Source of the DNA: Acidimicrobiia bacterium
GTDB lineage: Bacteria; Actinomycetota; Acidimicrobiia; Spongiisociales; JAHEDJ01
Assembly: GCA_029210695.1 (NCBI GenBank)
Contig: JARGFH010000003.1
Span: forward strand, 1 to 64,000
Direction of reading: 5' to 3'
DNA length: 64,000 nucleotides
How positions within the stretch are numbered: the first letter of the stretch is position 1; every line of letters starts with the position of its first letter. Positions 1 through 8,955 of this stretch are shown one piece after another. A model generated the notes under the pieces. It ran no database searches. It saw nothing but the letters and a program-made list of their open reading frames with translations, and had not been told where the DNA came from. Both the position numbers and the translations under genes were made by a program.

Positions 1-287
1 CCGAGGGCCCGCTTCCAGTCGAGATCCTTGGCCGCTCGCCGCGCCGCCTCCCGATCGCTCACATCGTCGCGCACCTGCAACAGCACCACCTTCATCAGCA
101 GCGAAGGCGGAATCGAAGGGCGTCCCGTACCCGTCGAGTAGCAGTCAGCGAAATCCTCGTCCCTCACGAGGCTGTCACCGTGGGCCGCCATCCGGGCATA
201 AAACGACGAGTCGTCGCCCTCGAAAAGCGGCACCAGAAGCGAATCCACCCCCAAGAAACTCCCCTGACGATCAGCAGTACCAAGCAT
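1..287 (-). CDS. IS1182/IS5-like transposase, N-terminal part (runs off window start; not in ORF track)
   Basis: Manual translation MLGTADRQGSFLG...DEDFADCYSTGTGRPSIPPSLLMKVVLLQVRDDVSDREAARRAAKDLDWKRALG matches the DUF772-type transposase N-terminus; GGAG upstream of ATG. Confidence 0.85.
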   Translation of the reverse strand, partial: MLGTADRQGSFLGVDSLLVPLFEGDDSSFYARMAAHGDSLVRDEDFADCYSTGTGRPSIPPSLLMKVVLLQVRDDVSDREAARRAAKDLDWKRAL

Positions 288-384
288 CGCAAGCTCCAAA
301 GAAGATCATGGCTCCAGTGTGACCGAAAACGACCTCGAACGCGAGCACCCCCGACCCACAACCACCAACTTTTTCGGCAGCCAC
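1..384 (-). mobile_element. Left end of an IS1182-like insertion sequence
   Basis: Minus strand reads CTAG|GTGGCTGCCGAAAAAG about 100 bp upstream of the transposase start. The partner IR is outside the window, so the exact boundary is inferred. Confidence 0.65.
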
Positions 385-852
385 CTAGTAGGCACCGCCC
401 AACCTACGGTGATCCCACGACGCGATACGATCGGGATGTACGGTGACCACGGTGTTCTTGGCTGCACGGGCACCGAACAGAGCCTCCGCAGCCTCAGGAT
501 CGAGAGCCGTACCATCGAACTGGTACTTGGCGGCGACGGCTCCGTATACCTTCAGCACTTCTTGCCTGTCGTCTGAGAGTTCGGCAGTTCCCTTCACCAT
601 GACGCCGCGGAGGTTCTCGTAGGTGTCGCCGGTTTCGACGAGCACGGTGAGCCGCGGATCACGGCCGAGGTTGACGATCCGCTGAGAACGCCGGAACGAA
701 CGAAACGTGATCAAGCCGTTGCGCATGGTGTACCAGAGGGTGGTGACATGCGGCCACCCGTCGAGACCCTTCGTCGCCACCTGGAGGTTCCGACCCGTGG
801 CCAGAAAGGCGTCGATCTCCTCGAGGGTCATACTGATATCGGTGCGTGCCAT
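385..852 (-). CDS. Pyridoxamine 5'-phosphate oxidase-like (PPOX class, probable F420-dependent) oxidoreductase
   Basis: VAT..DGWPHVTTLWY, NLGRDPRLTVLVE, LRGVMVKG, SWDHRRL motifs. Confidence 0.8.
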   Translation of the reverse strand: MARTDISMTLEEIDAFLATGRNLQVATKGLDGWPHVTTLWYTMRNGLITFRSFRRSQRIVNLGRDPRLTVLVETGDTYENLRGVMVKGTAELSDDRQEVLKVYGAVAAKYQFDGTALDPEAAEALFGARAAKNTVVTVHPDRIASWDHRRLGGAY

Positions 853-957
853 ACCGGCAAACTAGCGGCAAGGCTGCGTCCCGAGGCTTCAACCGCGGGC
901 TCTCCACTACCCTTGTCTCAGACATTTCACGATCGAAGCGACGATCGGAGGAGCACT

Positions 958-1827
958 ATGGGTGGCAAGATCACCGTCCCCGACATCCGGGCTCGCAAAG
1001 GCGGCCAGAAACTCACGATGGTGACCGCCTACGACGTGCCGACCGCACGGATCGCATCGGAGGCCGGCGCCGACATGATCCTGGTCGGCGATTCGCTCGC
1101 CAACGTCGTTCTCGGATTCGAGTCGACCCTCGACGTCGACCTGGACATCATGATCCATCACACCGCGGCAGTCGCCCGGTCGGAACCCGATTCGCTCCTG
1201 ATCGGGGATATGCCGTGGATGAGTTACCACGTGTCGGTAGAAGATGCCGTGCGCAATGCCGGACGTCTGGTCCGGGAGGGCGGGGCGGAAGCGGTCAAGC
1301 TCGAAGGCGGACGGAAACGCATCCCGGTTGTTGAGGCGATCCTGAGGGCCGAGATCCCGGTGATGGGCCACCTCGGACTCACGCCGCAGTCCGTCCATGC
1401 GATGGGCGGGTACCGGGTTCAGGGGAAGGCAGTTGAAGAGGCTCGCCAGATGCTCTCCGACGCGATTGCCCTTGCCGAAACAGGTGTCTTCGGAATCGTC
1501 CTGGAAGGCGTTCCGGATGTCCTCGCGCAGATCATCACGAAGGAAGTCTCTGTTCCGACGATCGGCATCGGCGCAGGTTCCGGCACCGACGGACAGGTTC
1601 TGGTGTTTCACGACGTGCTCGGAATGCACGACGGCAAACTGCCCAAGTTCGTGCGGCAGTATGCGGATCTGAAAGGGCAGGCGGTGGAAGGCCTCCGGCA
1701 GTTCTTCCAAGACGTGCAGTCGGGTGCCTTCCCGTCCGATGCCGAGACCTACCACATGGCCGAAGAGGCCGAGCAAGCTTTATTGGAGGGGCCATCAAGC
1801 GACCTTTCCTGGCCGCTGTCCTGGTAA
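958..1827 (+). CDS. panB: 3-methyl-2-oxobutanoate hydroxymethyltransferase
   Basis: TAYD, LVGDS, VKLEGG, GHLGLTPQ, GIGAG motifs; GGAGG RBS before ATG 958; C-terminus possibly extended (see findings). Confidence 0.95.
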   Translation: MGGKITVPDIRARKGGQKLTMVTAYDVPTARIASEAGADMILVGDSLANVVLGFESTLDVDLDIMIHHTAAVARSEPDSLLIGDMPWMSYHVSVEDAVRNAGRLVREGGAEAVKLEGGRKRIPVVEAILRAEIPVMGHLGLTPQSVHAMGGYRVQGKAVEEARQMLSDAIALAETGVFGIVLEGVPDVLAQIITKEVSVPTIGIGAGSGTDGQVLVFHDVLGMHDGKLPKFVRQYADLKGQAVEGLRQFFQDVQSGAFPSDAETYHMAEEAEQALLEGPSSDLSWPLSW

Positions 1828-2351
1828 CGCTGTCGGGGTGCTCCTCGTCCGTCGCAACCACCTCGACAGTTGTGGCCATCGCCCCGGTGACCGCGCAACC
1901 TGAGGTCACCTTCGGGTCAACGACCACCTCGATCACCTCGACCACCTCGACCGGCACGACGATCGACGCAGAATCAGCTACGGGTGACGTCGTCGGGTTC
2001 GATACGACTGAGATCAGTCTCGACGGTCGGACCTGGATCGTCGCGCTCGCCGATTCGCCGGCACTCCGGCAGCAGGGGTTGATGTTTGTTGAGGATCTCG
2101 GCGAACTCGACGGCATGCTGTTTGTGTTCGAAGAGGAGCGCTCCGGGGCATTCTGGATGAAGAACACCTTGATCGCCCTCGACATCGCTTTCTTCGACAA
2201 CGACGGTGCGTTCGTCGGTGGTTTGAGCATGGTTCCCTGCGCGGCCGACCCCTGTCCGCACTACGACGTTGGTCTTCCATACCGGTTTGCGCTCGAAGCA
2301 CCCGCCGGCGCTCTCGTCGATCTGCCGGACGATGCCCGGCTGGATTTGTGA
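1794..2351 (+). CDS. DUF192 family lipoprotein (apparent start codon ATC at 1794; first canonical start 1872)
   Basis: ADSPALRQQGLM, GMLFVF, FWMKNTLIALDIAF; in-frame upstream signal peptide IKRPFLAAVLVTLSGC. Confidence 0.8.
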   Translation: MKRPFLAAVLVTLSGCSSSVATTSTVVAIAPVTAQPEVTFGSTTTSITSTTSTGTTIDAESATGDVVGFDTTEISLDGRTWIVALADSPALRQQGLMFVEDLGELDGMLFVFEEERSGAFWMKNTLIALDIAFFDNDGAFVGGLSMVPCAADPCPHYDVGLPYRFALEAPAGALVDLPDDARLDL

Positions 2352-2451
2352 GCTGGAATGCGCGACCGGCACGCAGGACCCGCCCCGACCACCTCGAAAT
2401 CGCTCCCAAGCGCGTTAGTGATGGTCGAATCGCCCCCGGCACTTGACTGCC

Positions 2452-2486
2452 CGTTACCCGCCACGCATCGAATCTGGCGGGTAACG
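2452..2486. promoter_or_regulatory. 12-bp perfect inverted repeat overlapping a -10 box (operator or hairpin)
   Basis: CGTTACCCGCCA-N11-TGGCGGGTAACG; TAACGT lies 7 nt before ATG 2495. Confidence 0.45.
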
Positions 2487-2494
2487 TGATGGGT

Positions 2495-2818
2495 ATGACG
2501 CGACATAGCGGAACCCTTCAACGTCCGAATTTTGCCGACACGCGTATTCTGTTCCAGGTTTCCGACGGCAAGTGCACGATCGTCGGATCCCCGGGGAAAT
2601 GGATCGGCTCCTTGCGCCTCGACGAAGCGAGCTTCGAACGACGCTCGATTAGGGAGTTTGGATTCCTGATGCAGAACGAGAAGTGGATCTTCGTCAGTGA
2701 TGACCCGGCGTCGTTTGCCGACTCCGTGGGAGTGGTGATCGATCTGCGCTCTGCCTCGCGGTTTGGGTTGGGCGAGCGTGTGCGCCGGGCCCGCGAAGAG
2801 CAGCGCCTGTCAGGCTGA
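2495..2818 (+). CDS. Hypothetical protein
   Basis: ORF fills the gap and has a leaderless-type -10; no motif recognised. Confidence 0.6.
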   Translation: MTRHSGTLQRPNFADTRILFQVSDGKCTIVGSPGKWIGSLRLDEASFERRSIREFGFLMQNEKWIFVSDDPASFADSVGVVIDLRSASRFGLGERVRRAREEQRLSG

Positions 2819-2875
2819 GCAGGATCGGCCTCTGCCCGGCTTGTTGGCCAACGCCGGTCTTCTAAGCTTGTCCCT

Positions 2876-4276
2876 GTGACCGATCGACCGCCCCGGCCCC
2901 TCGTCCGCTTCCTCGGCGCGGCGCGCACGGTAACCGGATCGAAATTCCTCGTCGAGACCCCGAAGGCACGCGTCCTGGTCGACTGTGGTCTCTTCCAGGG
3001 CCACAAGCGATTGCGCGAGATGAACTGGGCGGAGTTCCCGATAGACCCGGCGACGATCGACACGGTTGTTGTATCGCATGCCCACCTCGATCATGTCGGG
3101 TATCTCCCCGCTCTGGTGCGAGAGGGCTTCTCGGGCAGCGTCTGGGCAAGTGAGGCGACCGGGCGGCTGTCTTCGGTAGTGATGGCGGATTCAGGTCGAA
3201 TACAAGAACACGACGCAGAGCGAGCGAATCGCAAGGGCTACACGAAACACACACCCGCTCTGCCGCTGTATACGGAGCACGACGCGATCGTGGCAGCCTC
3301 GCTGTTCCGGGTGGCACCCTGGGATGAAGCGGTGCGCATCGCGGATGGTGTCAAGCTGCGCTTGTATCGAGCCGGACACATCCTCGGCTCCGCCTCGGTC
3401 CTGCTCGAGTTTGACGACGGCACAGCCCCGCTGCATGTATCGGGAGATCTGGGGCGTGGCCGGCATCCGATCCTGGATCCTCCCGACCCTCCACCGGCGG
3501 CCGGGACCGTGATCATGGAGTCGACGTACGGCGATACAGAGCATCCCGAGGCGGACGGTACCGACGAACTGGGCGCGGTGATCTCCCGGACCGTCGCGCA
3601 GGCGGGCTCGGTGGTGATTCCGGCGTTCGCGGTCGACCGAACCGAGGTGGTTCTGGTCGCACTTCGAAGCCTGATGCAGGCTGGGACTATTCCCAGGATT
3701 CCCGTGTTCTTGGATTCGCCGATGGCTCGCTCGGCGCTTGGCTTCTACGTCCGCGCAGTCGCCGAAGGCCAACATGAGATTCTCGATTCGATAGTTGGGC
3801 GACCTGAGATCTTCGACCCGGGCGACCTCACGATCACTGAGTCGGTGGAAGACTCGAAGGCGATCAACCGGGCTCGACCACCGTTCATCGTGATCTCTGC
3901 GTCCGGTATGGCAACGGGTGGACGCGTGCTCCACCACCTCAAGCGAGTGCTACCCGATCCAAAGTCGGCGGTCATCCTGGTCGGCTATCAGGCTGCTGGA
4001 ACCAGGGGCCGGCGACTGGTCGATGGCGAAGATCGGGTCAAGATGCACGGTGAGTTCTGGCCGGTCAGAGCCGAGGTGGCGTCGGTACCGTCCTTCTCGG
4101 TGCACGCCGACCGTTCGGAATTGGTCGACTGGCTGGCGTCGGCACCTACGCCACCCGAGCAAGTCATAGCAGTGCACGGCGATCCCGAAGCCATGGATGG
4201 TCTTCAAGACGCCATCGCCGAACGGTTGAGTCGCAGGATTCTCACTCCCGGCCACGGGGAAACCGTCCTCATCTAG
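2876..4276 (+). CDS. MBL-fold beta-CASP ribonuclease (Ysh1/TTHA0252-like)
   Basis: GAARTVTGS, HAHLDH, AGHILGSA, MESTYG, ASGMATGGR, SVHAD, VHGD. Confidence 0.9.
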   Translation: MTDRPPRPLVRFLGAARTVTGSKFLVETPKARVLVDCGLFQGHKRLREMNWAEFPIDPATIDTVVVSHAHLDHVGYLPALVREGFSGSVWASEATGRLSSVVMADSGRIQEHDAERANRKGYTKHTPALPLYTEHDAIVAASLFRVAPWDEAVRIADGVKLRLYRAGHILGSASVLLEFDDGTAPLHVSGDLGRGRHPILDPPDPPPAAGTVIMESTYGDTEHPEADGTDELGAVISRTVAQAGSVVIPAFAVDRTEVVLVALRSLMQAGTIPRIPVFLDSPMARSALGFYVRAVAEGQHEILDSIVGRPEIFDPGDLTITESVEDSKAINRARPPFIVISASGMATGGRVLHHLKRVLPDPKSAVILVGYQAAGTRGRRLVDGEDRVKMHGEFWPVRAEVASVPSFSVHADRSELVDWLASAPTPPEQVIAVHGDPEAMDGLQDAIAERLSRRILTPGHGETVLI

Positions 4277-4370
4277 CCGGTCGGCTCCCGGCCCGTCACC
4301 CGCGATTCCCGTCATTGTGGCGAGAACAGCAAAAACACCTGAAGAGTCAGCTTCCGCGAACGGGCCGTCC

Positions 4371-4481
4371 TGGTTACACTCGCGGCACTTCCCGCGCGGC
4401 TTTGAGAAGCTACGCGTCCATCCTGCTCCGTCAGATCGGCGGGGCCTTCCACGCAGGTGGATGTCCAGAGGAGGAGAACAG
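4371..4481 (+). promoter_or_regulatory. Extended -10 promoter and probable S6:S18 autoregulatory leader
   Basis: TGGTTACACT, then a two-part stem (TCCATCCTGC/GCAGGTGGA enclosing CTCCGTC/GGCGGGG) with a CC-containing internal loop just before the rpsF RBS. Confidence 0.55.
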
Positions 4482-4778
4482 ATGAGGAACTACGAGGTGA
4501 TGACCATTCACCGGCCCGAAATCGCGGAGGCCGATGTTCGGTTGAAGGTCGCCGAGATCGAAGCGCTGCTCAAAGCACGTGGCGCCGAGGTCACGGACAG
4601 CGATTTCTGGGGCAAGCGCCGTTTTGCCTATGAGATCAACCACATTCGAGAGGGCTTCTACTCGGTCGTGCAATTCGATCTTGAAGCATCGCCCGAGGCA
4701 CTCGAAGATCTCGATCGGGCACTGACTCTGTCCGACGCCGTCGTACGTCACAAGGTCGTGCGACGAGATAACCGCTGA
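4482..4778 (+). CDS. rpsF: 30S ribosomal protein S6
   Basis: MRNYEVM, WGKRRFAYEI, VVRHKV; synteny with ssb-rpsR-rplI. Confidence 0.95.
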   Translation: MRNYEVMTIHRPEIAEADVRLKVAEIEALLKARGAEVTDSDFWGKRRFAYEINHIREGFYSVVQFDLEASPEALEDLDRALTLSDAVVRHKVVRRDNR

Positions 4779-4840
4779 GAAACGGGATCTGTCACACCCT
4801 GCCCGCATAGTGAGGGTGTCCATCCCGAGGAGAGAAGAAC

Positions 4841-5293
4841 ATGGCGACAAATACCGTGACCGTTATCGGCAATCTGGTCGAGGATCCTGAACTTCGGTTC
4901 ACCGGATCCGGCGTGGCGATGGCGAAGATTCGTTGTGCCGTCAACCGGCGCTGGCGTGATCAAGCCGGCGAATGGCAAGAAGAGACCAGTTTCCTGGGCG
5001 GAACGCTCTGGCGTGAGGCCGCTGAGAATGCAGCCGAGTCATTGCAGAAGGGCATGCGGGTGATCGTTACCGGCCGCCTCGAGCAACGCAGTTGGGAAAC
5101 AACGGACGGCGACAAGAGGTCGGTTGTTGAGATTTCCATCGACGAACTCGGCCCCAGCCTCCGGTGGGCCACCGCAACCGTAACGAAGACACAGAAGCAG
5201 GGTGGAGGCGATTGGGGCGACAAAGCCGCGACGTCGATGCCGGCTGCGCCCGTCGCCCGCGAGACATACGGCCCCGACGAAGCGCCGTTCTAG
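4841..5293 (+). CDS. ssb: Single-stranded DNA-binding protein
   Basis: [23 protein letters not shown], acidic DEAPF tail. Confidence 0.97.
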   Translation: MATNTVTVIGNLVEDPELRFTGSGVAMAKIRCAVNRRWRDQAGEWQEETSFLGGTLWREAAENAAESLQKGMRVIVTGRLEQRSWETTDGDKRSVVEISIDELGPSLRWATATVTKTQKQGGGDWGDKAATSMPAAPVARETYGPDEAPF

Positions 5294-5301
5294 GAGACAA
5301 C

Positions 5302-5562
5302 ATGGCACGCCCCGATAACAAACGTAGAAAGCGCCGGCCCGAGAACGGGCGGCGATTCAAGAAGAAGGTCTGCTACTTCTGCAAAGAGAAGATCGAGTAC
5401 GTCGACTACAAAGATGTGGCGATCCTCCGTAAGTACATGTCGGATCGGGCGAAGATTCGCTCCCGCCGTGTGACCGGGAACTGCACCCAGCACCAGCGTG
5501 AGGTGGCCCTGGCCATCAAGAACGCCCGTGAGATGGCGCTGATGCCGTACACGAGCCGATGA
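5302..5562 (+). CDS. rpsR: 30S ribosomal protein S18 (Zn-binding C+ form)
   Basis: [30 protein letters not shown]. Confidence 0.96.
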   Translation: MARPDNKRRKRRPENGRRFKKKVCYFCKEKIEYVDYKDVAILRKYMSDRAKIRSRRVTGNCTQHQREVALAIKNAREMALMPYTSR

Positions 5563-6008
5563 CCAAGCTCATACTGATCAAAGACGTGGACGGGGTCGGC
5601 GCAGCCGGCCAGGTCGTCCAGGTATCGGACGGGTATGCCCGCAACTTCCTTCTTCCGAAGCACCTGGCCGTGAAGGCCAGCGACGGTGCCCTCAAGAATG
5701 CTGAAGCGGCCAACAAGGCTCGCGAGGAGACCGAACGACGCGGCCGGGACGCTGCCCAGCTCATTGCTACGCAGCTCGCCGGTACCCGGGTGGTCATCGC
5801 CGCCCAGGCAGGTGACGAGGGCAAGTTGTTCGGCTCGATCGGTGTCGCCGACGTCGTTGAGGGAGTGCAGAAGTTCACGGGAATCGAACTCGATCGCAGA
5901 ACGGTGCGGCTCGCCGAGCCGATCAAGACGATCGGACTCCACGAGGCAATCATCAAGCTGCATTCCGACGTTGAGTTCCCGCTCTCGTTGGACATCATCC
6001 CGGCCTGA
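5559..6008 (+). CDS. rplI: 50S ribosomal protein L9
   Basis: [21 protein letters not shown]. Confidence 0.96.
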   Translation: MTKLILIKDVDGVGAAGQVVQVSDGYARNFLLPKHLAVKASDGALKNAEAANKAREETERRGRDAAQLIATQLAGTRVVIAAQAGDEGKLFGSIGVADVVEGVQKFTGIELDRRTVRLAEPIKTIGLHEAIIKLHSDVEFPLSLDIIPA

Positions 6009-8806
6009 TGACGGCTGAGGCCCGACCTCCAACGGGCCGCTCGACGGCTCGCCCCGAATCGCGGGGAAGTTCAGGTCGTGTGCCTCCGCATAATCTCGAA
6101 GCTGAGGAGTCGGTCCTCGGGGCAGTGATGCTCTCGTCCGACGCCGCCAACTCGGTGATGGACAAGCTCGCCCCCGAGGACTTCTACGTCCCGGCCCACC
6201 AAGCGATTTTCGAGGCAGTTGCCCGGCTCTACAACAGCAACCAGCCGATCGATATCGTCACGGTGTCCGATTCCCTCCGCCGCAGTGAGGAGATTGATCG
6301 GATTGGTGGCGTTGTCTACCTCACCGAACTGATGGAGCGGGTGCCGACCGCCTCGAACGTCGACTACTACGCCACCATCGTCGAGGAGCACGCACTCCGT
6401 CGCAGCTTGCTGCAGGCGGGAGCGCGGATCACCGATTTTGCCTTGCAGACGGATGAGGAGATCATCGACATCCTCGACAACGCCGAGCAAACGGTGCTTG
6501 GTGTAGCCGAACGGCGAGTTGGTGACGGATTGCAGCCGATTGCCCCGCTGCTGCAATCGACCCTCGAGGTCATTGAAGAACTCGAGGCTTCGGGGAACGC
6601 GATTACCGGTCTGGCGACCGGCTATCGGGATCTCGATGTCAAGCTGGCCGGATTGCACCCCGCCAATCTGTTGATCGTGGCGGCCAGGCCGAGCATGGGC
6701 AAGTGTCTGGTTGGGTCAACGAGAGTTGTGGACCCGAAGACCGGCGCGATGACGGCGATCGAAGATCTCGTCGGCGATACCGAGTCACAGGGCCTCCAAC
6801 ATGTGTTTGCCTACGATGAAACGGAACGGCAACTTGTGACCGCCAGTCCCTCCGCCTGGGCAGACAACGGCCCGAGGGAGACGTTTTGCCTAACCACGCG
6901 GCTAGGTCGAACGATCACCGCCACCGCTAATCATCCGGTCTTGACCTGGACGGGGTGGAGGCGACTCGACCAGGTGGAGATCGGCCAGCCCATCGCAGTA
7001 GCCGGCCGTGTCGATGTCTTTGGTGTCGACCGCCTTCCCGAAGCCGAGGTCGCACTCCTCGGATTGCTTATCGGTGATGGGACTACGACGGGGACGAGTC
7101 CGAAATTCACTACGGCCGATCCCACGCTTCTCGCCGAACTGGAGCGCCTTGCTCGTGATATGGGCATGCAGGTGACCGGCCATGGGGATCACTCGCTGAC
7201 CTACCGAATTGTCGGACGGTCGGACCGTCCCTCTCAGAAGGATGTCGCCGCTGCTTCCGGAGTATCGGACGCAACGGTCTCACTGGCCCTGTCCGGGAAG
7301 CCGGGACCATCGGAGGCCACTCGGGCTAGCGTTCTGGCAGCTGCGGAGAAGCTTGGGTACAGGAACGAAGGTGCTCGGCCTCCGAATCCATTGGTTGGGA
7401 TCCTTGAACGGCATGGCTTATGGGGCTGCGTTGCCGCAACGAAATTCGTACCCAACGCCGTGTTCAGGCTTCCAAAAGACCAACTCGCGCGCTTCCTTTC
7501 CCGACTCTATGCGACAGATGGCTCGGCCTGGGTATCGGGGGATTGTTACCGCATCGAATACGGCACGGTTTCGGAGCAACTTGCGCGCGACGTGCAACAT
7601 CTCTTGCTTCGGTTCGGCATTGTGGCCAAGTTGCGGCAGCGGCAGGTGCAGTACGCTGGTGATCGGCGGCCTTCGTTTGAGGTGGCGATCCAGGATCCCT
7701 ACTCGGTGCGTTTGTTTGCAGACCAGATCGGGATTCTGTCGAAGGAGCGTCAGGTTGCACAGGTGGTGGCCGCCGCTGAATCTCGTCTCACCGATCGCGC
7801 TCGCTCACGCCTCCTGCCGATGGAAGCATGGGATCTAATCCTTTCCGAGAAGGGCACAGCCAGCTGGGCAGACATCTCTGCTCGTTGCGGCAGGCCTCGG
7901 AACCACAACTGGCATGTGGGTCAACGGCGCCCTTCACGTCGTATCGTGTCTGAGCTGGCCGAAGCACTCAGCAGCGACGCCCTGCGCAGCCTGGCCAACT
8001 CGGATGTCGTTTGGGACGACGTCGTCTCTATCGAGCCCGCTGGTTGGCAGCGCACCTTCGACCTCGAGGTACCTCGTTACTCGAATTTCCTCGCAGGCGA
8101 TGTTGTTGTCCACAACAGCACGTTGGCGCTCAACATTGCCTCCAATATTGCAATGGACGGCGGGACCGTCGCGGTGTTCTCGATGGAGATGAGCAAGGAA
8201 GAGATCATCCAGCGGATGTTGTGCTCCGTCGGCCGGGTGGACTCGATGGCGTTGCGCACCGGCCAGCTCGACGCCAGGGGCTGGCAGCGGGTGGTCAATG
8301 CCGCATCGAAGATGTACCCGGCCCCGGTCTATGTAGATGACAGCGCGTCTGTGACCGTGACCGACATCAGAGCGAAAGCGCGCCGACTGAAGCGGCAGAA
8401 GGGTCTGGCGCTGATCGTCGTGGACTACATCCAACTCATGCAAGGGCGGAATCGTGAGAACCGTCAGCAGGAGATCGCCGAGATCAGCCGGAATCTCAAG
8501 AACCTGGCCCGTGAGCTCGACCTGCCCATCATCGCGGTGTCCCAGCTCAACCGTGGGTTGGAAGCCCGGGAGGACAAACGGCCCCGCCTGGGCGACTTGA
8601 GAGAATCGGGCGCGATCGAGCAAGACGCCGACATCGTGCTGTTCATCTACCGACACGAGTACTACTACCCGGACGATCCTGAATCCAAAGGCCTTGCCGA
8701 GGTGAACGTTGCCAAACATCGGGCCGGCGCAACAGGCAAAGTCGATATGACCTTCCTGCCTCGCTACACCTTGTTTGCCGATGTCGGGCGGGATGTCGGA
8801 CCCTAG
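6008..8806 (+). CDS. dnaB: Replicative DNA helicase with intein
   Basis: PPHNLEAE, ARPSMGK|S Walker A split by an insert, VDYIQLM, SQLNR, DLRESGAIEQDAD. Confidence 0.97.
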   Translation: MTAEARPPTGRSTARPESRGSSGRVPPHNLEAEESVLGAVMLSSDAANSVMDKLAPEDFYVPAHQAIFEAVARLYNSNQPIDIVTVSDSLRRSEEIDRIGGVVYLTELMERVPTASNVDYYATIVEEHALRRSLLQAGARITDFALQTDEEIIDILDNAEQTVLGVAERRVGDGLQPIAPLLQSTLEVIEELEASGNAITGLATGYRDLDVKLAGLHPANLLIVAARPSMGKCLVGSTRVVDPKTGAMTAIEDLVGDTESQGLQHVFAYDETERQLVTASPSAWADNGPRETFCLTTRLGRTITATANHPVLTWTGWRRLDQVEIGQPIAVAGRVDVFGVDRLPEAEVALLGLLIGDGTTTGTSPKFTTADPTLLAELERLARDMGMQVTGHGDHSLTYRIVGRSDRPSQKDVAAASGVSDATVSLALSGKPGPSEATRASVLAAAEKLGYRNEGARPPNPLVGILERHGLWGCVAATKFVPNAVFRLPKDQLARFLSRLYATDGSAWVSGDCYRIEYGTVSEQLARDVQHLLLRFGIVAKLRQRQVQYAGDRRPSFEVAIQDPYSVRLFADQIGILSKERQVAQVVAAAESRLTDRARSRLLPMEAWDLILSEKGTASWADISARCGRPRNHNWHVGQRRPSRRIVSELAEALSSDALRSLANSDVVWDDVVSIEPAGWQRTFDLEVPRYSNFLAGDVVVHNSTLALNIASNIAMDGGTVAVFSMEMSKEEIIQRMLCSVGRVDSMALRTGQLDARGWQRVVNAASKMYPAPVYVDDSASVTVTDIRAKARRLKRQKGLALIVVDYIQLMQGRNRENRQQEIAEISRNLKNLARELDLPIIAVSQLNRGLEAREDKRPRLGDLRESGAIEQDADIVLFIYRHEYYYPDDPESKGLAEVNVAKHRAGATGKVDMTFLPRYTLFADVGRDVGP
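6704..8116 (+). mobile_element. Class 1 intein (471 aa) with LAGLIDADG homing endonuclease and an inserted LacI-type HTH
   Basis: Block A CLVGST, block B TANHPV, LLGLLIGDG and FLSRLYATDG motifs, block F/G TFDLEV...VVHN followed by +1 Ser. Confidence 0.95.
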
Positions 8807-8829
8807 GGCGGGGTGACACGGGTCGCCCC

Positions 8830-8955
8830 AGACAGATGAGACCCCCTACTAAGAGGGGGTCTCGGGTCGCTTTCGCCGGTCGCCGTTCGGGAAGAGTCGG
8901 AGGAAGGGGGTCTCCGTAAGTGCTCGGCAGTCCGTTCCGGTGAAAACGTTCTACT
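8830..8955 (-). ncRNA. Candidate sRNA with C-rich (anti-SD-like) loop
   Basis: TCAAG-N15-GCCGATGA upstream (8987-8960); stem-loop CGGAG-ACCCCCTTC-CTCCG; 10-bp terminal hairpin 8838-8863. Confidence 0.4.
8838..8863. terminator. GC-rich hairpin downstream of dnaB
   Basis: GAGACCCCCT-ACTAAG-AGGGGGTCTC. Confidence 0.7.

Noticed and set aside
853..957. pan RNA motif upstream of panB
   Set aside because: Short region shared by divergent promoters; the characteristic stems could not be identified
2876..4276. Beta-CASP/MBL and YcaQ genes as an anti-phage defence system
   Set aside because: Common stand-alone housekeeping families with no defence-type partners nearby
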